From: Clostridia bacterium
GTDB lineage: Bacteria > Bacillota > Clostridia > UBA1212 > DUPL01
NCBI GenBank assembly: GCA_050951325.1
Contig: JBMNIW010000012.1
Coordinates: 640,001 to 704,000 of the forward strand
Length of the DNA: 64,000 nucleotides
Direction: 5' to 3'
Part shown: piece after piece, positions 36,109-46,328 of the stretch
Position numbering within the stretch: position 1 is the stretch's first letter
Layout of the letters: every line of letters starts with the position of its first letter
Program-made: the position numbers and the translations under genes
Notes under the pieces: model-generated
Database searches by the model: none
The model's input: only the letters and a program-made list of their open reading frames with translations
Told to the model about the DNA's origin: nothing

Positions 36109-36200
36109 TTGAAGTTTTCTGTTGCCCGACCAGAAACAACTTTCTCGGACATGATTTGTACAATGCTTTGGCCGACAAAAATTGTTGACAGGAGTGTAGC

Positions 36201-36935
36201 ATGAGGACTTTGACAATTAAGGAAATGCCCGTAAGTGAAAGACCTTACGAGCGAATTGAGCGTTTTGGGGCAGCCAGTCTTACGGATGCGGAATTGATTG
36301 CAGTCATCATTAAATCAGGATACAAGGAGCAGACTGCTGTCGATATTGCAAGGGAACTTTTAAGGAGATGTGGGAGTGGCGGATTGGTTACTCTTACTGA
36401 CATGGAATTGGACGAGCTCAGGAGAGTAAAAGGTATAGGACGGGTAAAAGCTATTCAAATCAAGGCTTTGTGCGAGCTGGCAAGACGCATGAATGGAGCT
36501 AGAAATGTCAGCAGTCACAAGATGAGAATAAGGAGCACAGGCCAGATAGCGGAGATATTAATGGGCGAGATGTCCCATCTTAAAAAGGAAGTACTGAAAG
36601 TGGTTTTGCTTGACAGAAAGTTGCAGATAATCAAGATTAGCGACGTTTCGGTTGGCACAATAGACCAGGCGCTCGTTCATCCAAGAGAAGTGTTTTCGGA
36701 TGCAATTAGGAATCATGCATCTACGATAATAATAGCGCATAATCATCCAACCGGACATGTCGAGCCCAGTGAGGATGACATAAACACCACAAAGCGGTTG
36801 ATTTTGGTTGGAGACATAGTTGGAATAGAAGTAATTGACCATATAATAATCGGCAATGGAACGTATCACAGCATGCATGCTTCCGGTATAATGAAGAAAA
36901 TTTTGGAGAGTATAGCTGGTAATAATATAAACTAA
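36201..36935 (+). CDS. radC: RadC / JAB-domain protein
   Basis: ERPYER, LTDAELIA, GIGRVKA, VHPREVF, AHNHPTG, DHIIIG. Confidence 0.93.
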   Translation: MRTLTIKEMPVSERPYERIERFGAASLTDAELIAVIIKSGYKEQTAVDIARELLRRCGSGGLVTLTDMELDELRRVKGIGRVKAIQIKALCELARRMNGARNVSSHKMRIRSTGQIAEILMGEMSHLKKEVLKVVLLDRKLQIIKISDVSVGTIDQALVHPREVFSDAIRNHASTIIIAHNHPTGHVEPSEDDINTTKRLILVGDIVGIEVIDHIIIGNGTYHSMHASGIMKKILESIAGNNIN

Positions 36936-36959
36936 GTTAAATGGGGAGAGAGAGTATAA

Positions 36960-37985
36960 ATGCCAAAAGACATAGGAATCGACTTGGGAACAGCAAACAC
37001 ATTAGTCCATCTTCGGGGAAAGGGGATAATAATCCGCGAACCATCGGTGGTAGCAGTTAACAAACTAACCGGTCAAATTCTGGCAGTTGGAGATTCAGCA
37101 AAAAGAATGATAGGCAGAACTCCGGGTAACATAATGGCGATAAGGCCTTTGAAAGATGGTGTTATTGCAGACTTTGATGTAACGGAGCAAATGTTAAGGT
37201 ACTTTATTAAAAAAGCTGTGGGAAGCTGGGGAAGACCAAACATACTCGTATGTGTACCTTCCGGAGTAACTGAAGTTGAAAAAAGTGCAGTAATTGAAGC
37301 GGCAAGAGCTGCAGGCGCAAGAAAAAGAACTCCTCAAATAATAGAAGAACCTATGGCTGCGGCGATAGGAGCAGGGCTCCCAATAGAAGAGGCCACAGGA
37401 AGCATGATTGTAGACATTGGCGGTGGCACCAGTGAAGTTGCCGTCATATCCATGGGCGGCATAGTTACCAGCAAGTCGCTGAGGGTTGCAGGAGACAATC
37501 TGGATGCTGCAATTGTTGTATACGCAAAGAAGGAATACAACCTGCTGATAGGAGAAAGAACAGCTGAGGAAATCAAGCTGACAATAGGTGCCGCATACCC
37601 AAAGGCACAGGAAGAATACATGGAAGTAAGAGGCCGCGACCTTCTGACAGGACTCCCTAAAAATGTCAGAATATCATCTTCAGAAGTTGTAGAAGCGATT
37701 AAGGAACCAATAAATCAGATTGTTGATGCAATAAAATATTGCCTGGAGTGTACTCCTCCGGAACTTGCAGCAGACATAATGGACAAGGGAATAATGCTTA
37801 CTGGAGGCGGTGCAATGCTTTCCGGTGTAGACAAGATTATCAAACTTGAAACCGGCATGCCTGTTGTGATAGCGGAGAATCCACTGGATTGTGTCGCATT
37901 AGGTACGGGAAAATGCCTGGAGGATGATGAATTGTGCAGGGTCATTTTCTCTAACAAAATTGAAAGCTATTACGGGATAGGATGA
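36960..37985 (+). CDS. mreB: Rod shape-determining protein MreB
   Basis: [32 protein letters not shown]. Confidence 0.96.
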   Translation: MPKDIGIDLGTANTLVHLRGKGIIIREPSVVAVNKLTGQILAVGDSAKRMIGRTPGNIMAIRPLKDGVIADFDVTEQMLRYFIKKAVGSWGRPNILVCVPSGVTEVEKSAVIEAARAAGARKRTPQIIEEPMAAAIGAGLPIEEATGSMIVDIGGGTSEVAVISMGGIVTSKSLRVAGDNLDAAIVVYAKKEYNLLIGERTAEEIKLTIGAAYPKAQEEYMEVRGRDLLTGLPKNVRISSSEVVEAIKEPINQIVDAIKYCLECTPPELAADIMDKGIMLTGGGAMLSGVDKIIKLETGMPVVIAENPLDCVALGTGKCLEDDELCRVIFSNKIESYYGIG

Positions 37986-37991
37986 TAATTT

Positions 37992-38846
37992 GTGCCCAGA
38001 CACGCTAAAAATACGATTTTTATACTGGTGATATTAACTATCTTTCTGTTGGTGGTCATAATTATCTCTAGTGACCCCAACAGCAAGATTCATTCAGTAT
38101 ACAAAGTTTTAAGCGTCCCCGTACAGGCAGTACAAAAAGGAGCAAGCAACCTTGCCACCGGAATCAAGGACAGATTTGAGGCAATCGGCTCCTATACTGA
38201 CCTTATAAACGAAAACAAGAGACTTAAGGAAGAAGTTGACAAACTACAAGGTTACAAAAATAGAAACGAGCAGCTGGAGACGGAAAACCAGGAATTGAGA
38301 GCACTGCTCGAACTAAAGGACTACTATCAGGAATACGACTTGATTGCAGCAAATATAATAGCCAAGGACGTTACGGATTGGTACAATGAGTTCACTCTTG
38401 ATGCAGGCACGCAGGAAGGGGTATACATCGGTTGCCCTGTGATAACATCCAAGGGACTTGTAGGTATTGTATCCAAAGTATCGGCCCATACATGCAAGGT
38501 CATGACTTTGGTGGATGAACAGAATGTCATCATGGCCCGTATATCAAGAAGCAATGAGCTGGTAAGGCTTAGAGGCATGACTCCTGAAAACTATGAATAT
38601 TTGCTTAAACTGGACAGGATATCAGCGTCATCAGACCTTTATGTCGGAGATCTCCTTGTGACTGCTGAGAGTGGAGGAGTATATCCAAAAGGGATAGCCA
38701 TTGGCACAGTTATTGAGATAAGTACAATTGCGGAGACGGAAACTAGATATGCAATTGTAGAACCGCTTGTGAATCTGCCAAAGATAAGCGAGGTATACAT
38801 ATTGAGCCTTCCGGAAAAAGCAAGAATTACAGAAGATAAAGAATAG
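37992..38846 (+). CDS. mreC: Rod shape-determining protein MreC
   Basis: N-terminal TM, coiled coil (ENQELRALL), GLVGIV, YPKGIAIG; operon position. Confidence 0.92.
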   Translation: MPRHAKNTIFILVILTIFLLVVIIISSDPNSKIHSVYKVLSVPVQAVQKGASNLATGIKDRFEAIGSYTDLINENKRLKEEVDKLQGYKNRNEQLETENQELRALLELKDYYQEYDLIAANIIAKDVTDWYNEFTLDAGTQEGVYIGCPVITSKGLVGIVSKVSAHTCKVMTLVDEQNVIMARISRSNELVRLRGMTPENYEYLLKLDRISASSDLYVGDLLVTAESGGVYPKGIAIGTVIEISTIAETETRYAIVEPLVNLPKISEVYILSLPEKARITEDKE

Positions 38847-39482
38847 GTGATCAAGTTGCGCAAGCAGAGACTTGAAAGCAGACTGAACAAAAGATTGAAC
38901 AAGGTCTTTTCGTCTTTAATAATAGACAGTTCTGAAAGTGTGAGCAAAATTACGAAGGGCCGCATAATATACATCTCTTTATCTGTAATCTTTCTCCTTA
39001 TTATCCAAGAAGCAGTTTTTAATGATCTGAGGATTTTTAATGCAAAACCCAACATGGCAATTGTCTTTCTCTATACCATATCAGTTGTTTTGCATGTCAG
39101 ACCCGCCATGTTTGCAGGATTGTTTGCAGGTCTGTATGTGGATATAATGTATGGCAGGTATTTAGGGGTTTATTCTCTTTTATTCATGTTGTTTGCGGCT
39201 TTTGTCTCCGTTATTAGTTTTGAACAAGTGAAATTGAAAACAATCTGGAGTCTTTCAATTGCGATACCCTCATTTTTAATATATACTATGGTGGAAAGCT
39301 TTACAGCAAAACTCATAGCTCTTGCAAGAACCGGCGGTACTGTATTGTATGAAAACTACGGCGTTCACATGTTGAAAAGGATACTGCCGGTAACTCTGTA
39401 TGACGTTATAATCTTTTTCATACTGTTTGTACCAATAAGACTGATATGGGACAAACTGGGTCCAAAGTATGAAATTTTCTAG
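38847..39482 (+). CDS. mreD: Rod shape-determining protein MreD
   Basis: Multi-TM; KPN, GLYVDIMYG..LG; follows mreC. Confidence 0.85.
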   Translation: MIKLRKQRLESRLNKRLNKVFSSLIIDSSESVSKITKGRIIYISLSVIFLLIIQEAVFNDLRIFNAKPNMAIVFLYTISVVLHVRPAMFAGLFAGLYVDIMYGRYLGVYSLLFMLFAAFVSVISFEQVKLKTIWSLSIAIPSFLIYTMVESFTAKLIALARTGGTVLYENYGVHMLKRILPVTLYDVIIFFILFVPIRLIWDKLGPKYEIF

Positions 39483-39494
39483 GATGGTGAAAGC

Positions 39495-41669
39495 ATGAAC
39501 AAGCTTTTTCTTAATTCATTGAAAGAAAGACTTGCGAAGATATTTAAATCAAGAATATTCTATGTCGGCCTAGGTATAACTGTTGCCATGACCGCAATTT
39601 CAGCACGTCTGTATTACCTTCAAATTGTGCAGGGAGAGCAGCACAAGGACAACGCCGCCACTATCAACAAGGTCGTTTTGTACACCGAAACTCCAAGAGG
39701 TAACATATATGACAGAAATGGCATTTTGTTGGCCACAAACAGGGTTGCATACAAGGTGCAGATGGTGAATGTGGACAGAGATCAGAGTTTTAGGGATGAA
39801 ATGTATTTAAAAGTGATTAACTTGTTGGATGAAATGGGTGAAGATTACAACAACCCGTTAAAGAGATATATAGATTATCCAATAGCTTGGGGTTCGTATC
39901 TTGAAGGTGAAGAAAACGAAGACAGACGAAAGGCTTGGATAAATGGTATTGCTTTGAGAAAATCCGATAGGGACAAGATAAACACGGCCAAGGATGCTTT
40001 TGATTATCTTAGAAACGTGGTGTTCAAATTTGACGAATCCTACACGGATGAGGAAGCGTACAAGATAATGATTCTTAGGTATCAGACGTATACAATGGGT
40101 CTTAGCTACATGGTGCCTTTGACAATTGCGGATGATGTGTCCTCAAAGACAATGGAGATTATCGAAGCAAGACATCTAGAGTTTCCGGGAATATATACGG
40201 AAGAAGTATATTACAGAGAATACGTTCATGACGAAACCTTGAGCCATATAATCGGCTATGTAAGAGCTATAAACAGTGAGGAATATGAAGCCCTCAAAGA
40301 CCAAGGGTATGATAGAAACAGTCTAATAGGAAAGAACGGCATAGAAAGGGCGGCGGAATCTCTTCTTCGCGGAGTAAAGGGAACCAGAACAGTATATCAG
40401 GATATTGAAACGGGAATCGTAAGGGAACTTGAATCAACAGAACCCGTACCAGGGGATGATATATACCTTACCATTGATGTTAATCTTCAAAGGGCTGCTT
40501 ACGATGCGCTTGTAAAAACAATAGAAGACATAATTGCAAGGAAGGACAACAAAAAGAACTTTGGTGATGCAAAAGCCGGCTCTGTTGTTGTTACGGATGT
40601 TAGGACGGGAGAAGTGTTGGCTATGGCAAACTATCCGACGTACGACAACAAAATATTTCTTGCACCTTCCAGTGATGAAGAAGCTCAAAAGGCAATAACG
40701 GAGCTGTTTCAGGATCCAGATAGTCCAAGCCTTAACAGGGCAACACAGGGCCTTTACCCTGTAGGTTCAACGTTCAAAACCCTTGTTGCAATTGCAGCTC
40801 TTGAAGAAGGGGTAATGACTCCCTATCAGAAAATTAAGTGCCTTGGAATGATTGAAGTAAACAACAGGGTGCACAGATGCAATGCGTATCATTATGATAT
40901 TGACATGGTAAGGGCTATCGCTGAATCCTGTAACGTGTACTTCTATGAGACCGGAATAAAAACAGGAATAAAAAATTTGGACAAGTGGGCTAAAGCCTTT
41001 GGCCTTGGTGAAAAAACAGGTATTGAGATACCAGAATACGCAGGATACAGAAACAACGAGGAAACCATGAAGCTTATGGAGTCTGATATTTACCACGTAT
41101 GGACGCCATCAGATACAGCTCAGGCATCAATCGGACAGCTGTATAACCTGTTTACACCGATTCAGCTCAGTAACTACGCTGCTGCCATTGCAAATGGAGG
41201 ATACCTGAACAAGCCACGTTTGATTGCAGCATCTGTATCCAACAGCGGTCATGTGGAAAAATATGAAGCGGAAAGAAAGAAAATTGAAGTCAAGGAAGAG
41301 ACCTTGAAAGTAGTTCAGGAAGGCATGATTACCATGTCCAAGCTGAGCGGTATTGCGAAAAGGGAGTACAGAGGTTTTCCGGATGGTTTTGCAGCAGGCA
41401 AAACGGGAACTCCTCAGACTGGTCTTGAGGCATTCGGAAGAAGCTCCCACTCGGTGTATATCTGCTATGCTCCATCCGATAATCCTGAGATTGCGATTTC
41501 CGTTGTTATTGAGTATGGTGCATCGGGTTCAAACTCCATTGCCGTTGCAGGCGAGGTTTTGAGAGCATACTACGGCGACACCGGTCTTGGTGAAGGGTTG
41601 CCTGCAAGAAAAGACGGACTGGGATTTGGAGACGGTTTTAGAAATTTCAAATCTCTCATACAAGGATAA
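39495..41669 (+). CDS. mrdA: Class B penicillin-binding protein 2
   Basis: PRGNIYDRNG, GSTFK (SxxK), SCN, KTGT. Confidence 0.9.
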   Translation: MNKLFLNSLKERLAKIFKSRIFYVGLGITVAMTAISARLYYLQIVQGEQHKDNAATINKVVLYTETPRGNIYDRNGILLATNRVAYKVQMVNVDRDQSFRDEMYLKVINLLDEMGEDYNNPLKRYIDYPIAWGSYLEGEENEDRRKAWINGIALRKSDRDKINTAKDAFDYLRNVVFKFDESYTDEEAYKIMILRYQTYTMGLSYMVPLTIADDVSSKTMEIIEARHLEFPGIYTEEVYYREYVHDETLSHIIGYVRAINSEEYEALKDQGYDRNSLIGKNGIERAAESLLRGVKGTRTVYQDIETGIVRELESTEPVPGDDIYLTIDVNLQRAAYDALVKTIEDIIARKDNKKNFGDAKAGSVVVTDVRTGEVLAMANYPTYDNKIFLAPSSDEEAQKAITELFQDPDSPSLNRATQGLYPVGSTFKTLVAIAALEEGVMTPYQKIKCLGMIEVNNRVHRCNAYHYDIDMVRAIAESCNVYFYETGIKTGIKNLDKWAKAFGLGEKTGIEIPEYAGYRNNEETMKLMESDIYHVWTPSDTAQASIGQLYNLFTPIQLSNYAAAIANGGYLNKPRLIAASVSNSGHVEKYEAERKKIEVKEETLKVVQEGMITMSKLSGIAKREYRGFPDGFAAGKTGTPQTGLEAFGRSSHSVYICYAPSDNPEIAISVVIEYGASGSNSIAVAGEVLRAYYGDTGLGEGLPARKDGLGFGDGFRNFKSLIQG

Positions 41670-41794
41670 AGTTGAGGAGAGTAGTCGAACCAATAGACAT
41701 ACAACTAGACACGCCCAATACGCATCAATAATTGCCATACAAACAATATTCGGGCTTTCCTCTTAATAATACACATTATTATGGAGGTAGGAAT

Positions 41795-42607
41795 ATGAGT
41801 GAGGTTATTGTTGTTACTTCGGGCAAAGGTGGTGTCGGAAAAACCACTACAACGGCAAATATCGGTGCCGCACTGGCACTTGAAGGAAAACGTGTGGTAT
41901 TAATCGATACGGACGTGGGACTTAGAAATCTCGATTTGGTTATGGGACTTGAAAACAGAGTGGTATACACACTTGTAGATGTTATCGAGGAAAAATGCAG
42001 GGGAATTAAACAGGCACTGATAAAGGACAAGCGTTTTCACAAGCTGTATATCGTCCCTGCGGCGCCATCGGGATACAGGCACCAGATTAAGCCGGAACAA
42101 ATCGTAAAAGTATGTGAACAGCTAAAAAAAGAATTTGATTATATAATAATTGACTGCCCTGCGGGAATAGAAAACGGGTTTGAAGTGGCAATTGCACCTG
42201 CGGATTTTGCAATTGTGGTCACAACTCCGGAGGTTTCTGCAGTAAGAGATGCGGACTGTGTCATAGGTTTGCTTGATTCAAATCATGTAAGAGACCACAA
42301 GCTGGTCATTAACAAGGTAAGACCTGAAATGGTTCGAAAAGGGGAAATGCTCAGCATCAATGACATTGTGGAGATACTGGCGGAAGAACTCCTTGGAGTA
42401 ATCCCGGATGACGAGGATGTAATAGTTTCAACCAACAGAGGAGAACCCATAGTACTGGCAGGAAGAAGCTCTGCGGGCAAATCCTACAGGGACATAGCAA
42501 GAAGAATCATGGGACAAAACGTCCCCCTGGTCGATTACACCAGGAAAAAGGGCTTTATGCAGAAAGTGTTTGGTAAAAACGAAAGGGGGTACTACTATGA
42601 GGCGTAA
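41795..42607 (+). CDS. minD: Septum site-determining ATPase MinD
   Basis: SGKGGVGKTT, DVGLRNLD, IDCPAGIE, C-terminal amphipathic KGFMQKVFG; GGAGGT RBS before 41795. Confidence 0.95.
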   Translation: MSEVIVVTSGKGGVGKTTTTANIGAALALEGKRVVLIDTDVGLRNLDLVMGLENRVVYTLVDVIEEKCRGIKQALIKDKRFHKLYIVPAAPSGYRHQIKPEQIVKVCEQLKKEFDYIIIDCPAGIENGFEVAIAPADFAIVVTTPEVSAVRDADCVIGLLDSNHVRDHKLVINKVRPEMVRKGEMLSINDIVEILAEELLGVIPDDEDVIVSTNRGEPIVLAGRSSAGKSYRDIARRIMGQNVPLVDYTRKKGFMQKVFGKNERGYYYEA

Positions 42608-42824
42608 CAAGGGTAATTACATAGGCTCGAAGGAAATTGCAAAGAACAGGTTGAAGTCCTGTATAAACAGTGATAGAGTAAAGGTTGACCATGATGTAAT
42701 GCAGATGCTTGAAGCGGAAATTAGGAATGTGGTTTCAAGCTATATAGATACAAAGGGAGCATCTTTTGAATTAATAGTTGAAATAGGTGATGGGAAAAAC
42801 AATGGGAAAGATAATAGTACTTGA
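42597..42824 (+). CDS. minE: MinE-like topological specificity factor (divergent)
   Basis: SKEIAKNRLK..SDR..MLEAEIRNVVSSYIDT matches the MinE pattern; follows minD. Confidence 0.75.
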   Translation: MRRNKGNYIGSKEIAKNRLKSCINSDRVKVDHDVMQMLEAEIRNVVSSYIDTKGASFELIVEIGDGKNNGKDNST

Positions 42825-44682
42825 TGAACTTACAGCAAACAAAATAGCAGCAGGAGAAGTAATCGAAAGACCAGCGTCTGTGGTTAAAGAACTTGTGGAA
42901 AACTCAATAGATGCCGGTGCTGACAATATATCCATTGAAATAAAATCCGGTGGGATAAAGTATATAAGGATAACGGACAATGGTCAGGGATTTGAACCTG
43001 ACGATGCGGTGCTAGCCTTTGACAAGCATGCAACAAGCAAGATAAGAGTTGCAGAGGATTTGGAGAATGTAAATACTCTTGGCTTCAGGGGAGAGGCCCT
43101 GCCAAGCATTGCTTCGGTAAGCCGTGTTAAACTTGTAAGTAAAACTGCGGAAGCCCCTGTTGGCGTATGTGTGCACCTGGAAGGTGGAGATCTGATAGAG
43201 GTTAGTGAGATAGGCTGCGCAAAGGGTACCACGTTGGAGGTAATGGATCTTTTCTTCAACACACCTGCCCGATACAAATTCCTAAAAAAGGACCATGTGG
43301 AGGCATCCTACGTAACCGATGCCATTGAAAAGATAGCGCTGGCAAACCCAGATGTGTCTTTCAAACTTGTTTCAAATGGAAAAACCGTTCTACAAACTCC
43401 GGGCAACGGAGATTTGCAAAGCACAATATATGCGATATTCGGCCGTGACGTCGCCACTAAACTGAAAGAGGTAAAGTATGAGGAATCCCATATAAACGTA
43501 AATGGTTATGTGGGGGATATCTCTCTTATGTATTCAAACAGAAACAGGCAGATATTTTTTGTAAACGGCAGATACATAAAGAACAAAACCTTGTCCGCTG
43601 CTTTGGACAAGGCCTACAGCACCCTAGCCATGAAGGGGAAATTTCCTTTTTGCGTATTGTCGGTAAAGATAAATCCAATGCATGTGGATGTGAATGTGCA
43701 TCCTGCCAAGATAGAGGTCAGATTTGACAACGAAGGCCTTGTTTTTGAAGTTATATACAGGGCGGTGACGAGCGCATTGTTTGAAGACAGAAGAAAGTCT
43801 TCAATAGCTACTCCAAAAACCATACAAAACCATACCCAAAGTACGGAAAGGAGTTATGACACCAAACCTGTTACATTTGAGACCTTTGAGCAGTACCTGA
43901 AGATAAAGGAAGAGGAAATTCCTCTGGAGGTTGAAGTTGAAGTTGAAGTGGAAGAAAAAGAAGAGGAAATAAAGGAAGAGGCGGTAGCTGAGCAAATACC
44001 GATAATGCAAAGCGCAGTTGAAGTCGCTAAGGAGACAGTAGTTGCAGAGTCCTTGCCTCAGGAGAATATAATCCAGGAAAGGACGGAGAATAAGAAAAGG
44101 GAGAATGAAGTATTTGAATTTGCCAGAATAATTGGGCAGGTATGGAATGCATACATTTTGTTCGAGCATGAGGGCAAGCTCTACATGATGGATCAGCATG
44201 CTGCTCATGAAAGAATAATGTATGAAGAATTAAGAAGAATAATAAATGGAAGCGAGCCGATGGTACAAATGCTTTTGTCTCCAATAACAATGGAGTTGTC
44301 ACCGTCAGAGTTTCAGACACTAAAAAACAACTTTGACTATTTTGCCAGACTGGGAATGGAAATGGAGGAGTTTGGCACGGCTTCAGTTATCATTAGAACA
44401 CTGCCAACTATTCTGCTTGACGAAAATATACACTCGTTCATCCAGGAAGGTCTCGACAATATTATTTCAGGTGGAGAAACCTCTTTGTACAATGACGAGA
44501 CAATATTCCAAATGGCTTGTAAGGCAGCAGTAAAAGCGAATAAAAGGTTGGACTTAAGGGAGATGGAGGAGCTGATTAGAAGAATGAGCACATTGGATAA
44601 TCCTTTCACCTGTCCGCATGGCAGACCAATTGTTATTGAGATTACGAAATATGAGATAGAGAAAAGGTTCAAGAGAAAATGA
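42802..44682 (+). CDS. mutL: DNA mismatch repair protein MutL
   Basis: IAAGEVIERPASVVKELVENSIDAG, GFRGEAL, DVNVHP, DQHAAHERIMYE, ACK, CPHGRP. Confidence 0.96.
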   Translation: MGKIIVLDELTANKIAAGEVIERPASVVKELVENSIDAGADNISIEIKSGGIKYIRITDNGQGFEPDDAVLAFDKHATSKIRVAEDLENVNTLGFRGEALPSIASVSRVKLVSKTAEAPVGVCVHLEGGDLIEVSEIGCAKGTTLEVMDLFFNTPARYKFLKKDHVEASYVTDAIEKIALANPDVSFKLVSNGKTVLQTPGNGDLQSTIYAIFGRDVATKLKEVKYEESHINVNGYVGDISLMYSNRNRQIFFVNGRYIKNKTLSAALDKAYSTLAMKGKFPFCVLSVKINPMHVDVNVHPAKIEVRFDNEGLVFEVIYRAVTSALFEDRRKSSIATPKTIQNHTQSTERSYDTKPVTFETFEQYLKIKEEEIPLEVEVEVEVEEKEEEIKEEAVAEQIPIMQSAVEVAKETVVAESLPQENIIQERTENKKRENEVFEFARIIGQVWNAYILFEHEGKLYMMDQHAAHERIMYEELRRIINGSEPMVQMLLSPITMELSPSEFQTLKNNFDYFARLGMEMEEFGTASVIIRTLPTILLDENIHSFIQEGLDNIISGGETSLYNDETIFQMACKAAVKANKRLDLREMEELIRRMSTLDNPFTCPHGRPIVIEITKYEIEKRFKRK

Positions 44683-45608
44683 TAAAGGCGATTGTGATTA
44701 CAGGACCGACCGCATCCGGAAAGACGGGCATATCAATAGACTTGGCGGAGAAACTGAATGGGGAGATTGTTTCCTGCGACTCAATGCAGGTGTACAAAGG
44801 CATGGATATAGGGACAGCAAAACCTGTCATTGAGGAAAGGCGTGGAATACCCCATCATATGCTGGATATTGTAGAGCCATATGAAACCTTTGACGCTGCC
44901 ACATACAAGGACATGGCTGTTTGCTGCATAAAAGAAATTGCAAATAGAGGCAGGACTCCTATACTGGTTGGGGGTACTGGATTATATGTTAATTCCCTTG
45001 TTGATAACATACAATATGTAGAATCCGAATCAGATTCTGAACTAAGAAAAGCTTTGTACGATTATGCAAAAAAACACGGAGCCGAAGCACTTCATGCAAA
45101 ATTGAAGGAAATTGACCCAAAGGCTGCGGAAAACATACATGCAAACAATATAAAAAGGGTTGTAAGGGCAATCGAGCTGTCAAAGCTGACAGGTATGACT
45201 CAGGAAGAAAGAAACGCATTGTCAAAAAGCGTCAAAAGCGATATAGAGTATGTAGTATACGCAGTACAAATGGACAGGGAGCTATTGTACAAAAGAATAG
45301 ACGAAAGGGCGGAGAAAATGGTAGAGATGGGCCTGGTTGAAGAAGTAACAGGCATAAGGGAGAAATGCATCGAGGCCTATTTAAAAGGCATAAGCCCCTC
45401 GCCCACACTGAGCAAGACAGCATTGCAGGGAATTGGATACAAGGAGATCCTTGAGTATCTTGATAACAAGTGTACTCTCGAAGAGAGTATTGATAAAATT
45501 AAATTAAATACAAGGAGATATGCAAAAAGACAAATAACCTGGTTCAGAAAACCCAAATGGGTTAACTGGGTAACAATAGAGGAGTTGAAGAATATATATT
45601 CATTATAG
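44679..45608 (+). CDS. miaA: tRNA dimethylallyltransferase
   Basis: GPTASGKT, DSMQVY, GTAKP, VGGTGLY, YAKRQITW. Confidence 0.95.
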   Translation: MIKAIVITGPTASGKTGISIDLAEKLNGEIVSCDSMQVYKGMDIGTAKPVIEERRGIPHHMLDIVEPYETFDAATYKDMAVCCIKEIANRGRTPILVGGTGLYVNSLVDNIQYVESESDSELRKALYDYAKKHGAEALHAKLKEIDPKAAENIHANNIKRVVRAIELSKLTGMTQEERNALSKSVKSDIEYVVYAVQMDRELLYKRIDERAEKMVEMGLVEEVTGIREKCIEAYLKGISPSPTLSKTALQGIGYKEILEYLDNKCTLEESIDKIKLNTRRYAKRQITWFRKPKWVNWVTIEELKNIYSL

Positions 45609-46244
45609 CTTTCTGAACACTCCAATAACCTTTCCGAGAATAATCAGCTCATTTACGTAAATCGCCTTCAGATACCTGTTTTCAGGCTGGAGGCGATAAC
45701 AGTTTTCTTCCCTGTAAAAGGTTTTTACTGTGGCCTCGTCCTCAAGAAGAGCTACAACAATATCGCCATCATTTGCAGTGTTCTGTCTTGCTACAAGAAC
45801 CATGTCTCCATCAAGGATGCCTGCTTCGACCATGCTGTCGCCCACAACATTAAGCATGAATGTTTCCTTGCTGCTGGTAAAATCCCGGGGGACAGGAAAT
45901 GTTCTCTCAATATTTTCGACAGCAAGAATTGGCGCGCCAGCAGTAATCTTCCCTATAACTGGAACCTGAACTACAGGTGCGTCAAAATCAATATTCAAAA
46001 AAGGATTCACAACATTTTTGGTACCAGTAAGCCTTATACCTCTTGTTTTTGAATCATCTCTTTCTATGTAACCTTTTCTCTTCAATGCCTCAAGATGTGT
46101 ATATACAGTGGAGGATGATTTCAAGTTGACAGCAGCACAGATTTCTCTAATTGAAGGCGGATAACCGTTATCTCGTATATATGCTTCAATAAAATCCAGA
46201 ATTTCCTGCTGTTTCGGTGTCGGTGTGTTCTTCTTTCTAGCCAT
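45603..46244 (-). CDS. lexA: SOS repressor LexA
   Basis: GYPPSIREI, ITAGAPILA (Ala-Gly cleavage site), GDSM, ATVK. Confidence 0.96.
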   Translation of the reverse strand: MARKKNTPTPKQQEILDFIEAYIRDNGYPPSIREICAAVNLKSSSTVYTHLEALKRKGYIERDDSKTRGIRLTGTKNVVNPFLNIDFDAPVVQVPVIGKITAGAPILAVENIERTFPVPRDFTSSKETFMLNVVGDSMVEAGILDGDMVLVARQNTANDGDIVVALLEDEATVKTFYREENCYRLQPENRYLKAIYVNELIILGKVIGVFRKL

Positions 46245-46277
46245 TTAAGCTGAAACCTCCTATTATTTGTTATGAAC

Positions 46278-46328
46278 AGTATAGCATACTAAAATGTTCC
46301 GAGCAAACTTTTTATCGAACAAATATCT
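46278..46328 (-). promoter_or_regulatory. lexA promoter with degenerate SOS half-sites
   Basis: Minus strand TTGCTC-17-TATACT with an extended TG; several GAAC/GTTC half-sites but no perfect box. Confidence 0.45.

Noticed and set aside
43927-43980. GAAGTT/GAA repeats in mutL
   Set aside because: In-frame low-complexity EVEVEV/EE linker; not a phase-variation tract.
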